From positions 62,001 through 126,000 of the forward strand of contig JAPEUI010000003.1 in assembly GCA_026025075.1 (NCBI GenBank): a DNA stretch of 64,000 bases. Direction: 5' to 3'. The notes under the pieces are model-generated. The model made no database searches and was not told the origin of the DNA. It saw only the letters and a program-made list of their open reading frames with translations. The stretch comes from Vezdaea acicularis. Its lineage: Eukaryota. Positions 62,434 to 64,000 of the stretch are shown here, in pieces. The translations under genes were made by a program, and so were the position numbers. Numbering within the stretch: position 1 is the first letter of the stretch; each line of letters starts with the position of its first letter.

Positions 62434-62951
62434 ATGGTATTAGAACCAGAAGGACTATCAATGATAATTGCGAAAGCTAAATTTTCTGACTCTAGGCCTC
62501 CACCTCCCTACGATCCATCAAATCTCTTGCGCCTCTCCTGGACCGGATTCTGGTACAGAGAATCAAGGCGGAGACGAAGACTGCCGGCGGCATTTTCCTC
62601 CCTGAGAGCAGCGTCAAGGAGCTGAATGAGGCAAAGGTCCTCGCTGTTGGGCCGGGCGCCCTGGATAAGGACGGGAAAAGAATACAGCCTAGCGTTGCGC
62701 CTGGCGACAAAGTATTGATTCCTCAGGTTCGTCTCGCTCTCTACCTACAAGCAAAAGCTCTGCACAATCACCACCATATTTCGCACAGGACGCGATGCTG
62801 ATAATTCATGACTTTTAGTATGGTGGGAGTCCTCTTAAGGTTGGGGATGATGAGTATTCGCTGTTCAGGGATCATGAGTAGGTGTGCCTGTCTACCAACC
62901 TAACCCTGGCGCTGACAATCTCCAAGGCTATTAGCAAAGATCAATGAATAA
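62434..62951 (+). CDS. HSP10: Mitochondrial 10-kDa chaperonin Hsp10; 4 exons, the first coding exon being only ATG
   Basis: The spliced product is MASTSLRSIKSLAPLLDRILVQRIKAETKTAGGIFLPESSVKELNEAKVLAVGPG...PGDKVLIPQYGGSPLKVGDDEYSLFRDHELLAKINE*. Confidence 0.95.
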
Positions 62952-64000
62952 ATGTGTTGGGTGAAAAAGGATTTCAACATAATTGTATAAAGCTGTATTA
63001 CCATCGAAACAAGCGTTGACTTAGCATGAAGCCATATTGGCTCCGGAGGAGCGTGGGCCTTTCGACACTGTACATTCCATTGCAATAAAAAAAACTCTCC
63101 TCTCCTGATGTCGCTTTACAATTTGAACCAATCTTCAGATATCTGCTTTGCATACAGCTGACAGCGCTAGTCTGTGTTGATATCTTGATGCTAACCTCCA
63201 GTAGCTAACGTCCCGGTTATGGTTCATATGACATGGCAGCGCGAATCAGGATCATGTACTTTCTCCCTAATTATTCTACGTACAGTCAACCTGAGGTCCC
63301 GGAGAATCGCGCGACTTGAGAGATGAAGTGGTCTGTGCACAGGGACGGGAAGTCGGGTTGGCTTGAGGCTCTAGCGCGTTTCGGTCGGCCATCCGGCTCC
63401 ATATTTACGAGAATCGACACTTTTGCTCACCTGAACACGGGGTTATGCGCTCTTTATCAATTGCCTCTGCGTGGCCTCTGACAAGGTGTGAGTATGCGTT
63501 GTGGCGATTCGCGGCTCGCCATGTTGTGAATCTCGACAAGAAATAGAAAATCGAACTGCTCACGAAGGCCCCATAGGAGGACTGCAGTGTAAGGTCAGAG
63601 AGGGTATATAAAGATTACCTTGCGACTTTCAACGAACGGAATGTGCTGCCACGCGATAACTTCCCCTGTATCGTCTTTGGACGATGCCTCCAGCCCCGGA
63701 TGTTTCGCGCATAAAAGATGCGACCTCGCTTTCAGAGATCTCTTCTGACTAGCAGTGGCCTCTCAATCACGATACTTCTCAGTCCAAGCGCTCGTTGGTG
63801 TTTCTACAACACCAGCGGTGGCCACGCTAGCATCCAAGTCACGATCTGCTAATCGTAGGTGTGACTGCCCCTCCTTCAATCTCTAGCATGGCCCGTGCTG
63901 TTATAGATTACGATTTTCGGACATGGCTCGCCGAGAATAACGACCCTCAATCGAGAAACTATTGTGGCGAGACCCTCCTTGATAGACCAGAAACGCTATA

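Noticed and set aside
63000..64000. TATA-like GGTATATAAAG near 63604 suggesting a downstream gene
   Set aside because: No supportable coding sequence lies before the window end.

Overview
Eukaryotic, gene-dense DNA from a filamentous ascomycete (Pezizomycotina-type short GT-AG introns with CTRAC/CTAAY branch sites). There are no prokaryotic features. About 23 intron-containing protein genes and one intronless tRNA-Cys(GCA) can be read. They include a HAL4/SAT4 kinase, an 8-exon divergent histone H4 variant that is essentially invisible in the ORF track, a membrane-type GNAT, cytoplasmic dynein heavy chain, a WRAP53/TCAB1-like WD40 protein, an XPF-fold protein (possible Zip2/SHOC1), a TauD dioxygenase, Nup49, Fip1, XAP5/FAM50, a TTC1-like TPR protein, an HDHD1-like HAD, HEI10, CCT1, a TilS-like PP-loop enzyme, PET8, WDR48 and HSP10, plus several orphan or secreted proteins. 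The most notable items are the H4 variant (with a GC-AG intron), a 184-bp MITE-like element with CAC...GTG ends and a target-site duplication just upstream of the tRNA, an in-frame alternative N-terminus hidden in Nup49 intron 1, a 38-unit 8-bp minisatellite in a lineage-specific island, and a recurring C-rich to G-rich switch inside several genes. All family assignments come from motif recognition by eye; no database searches were run.
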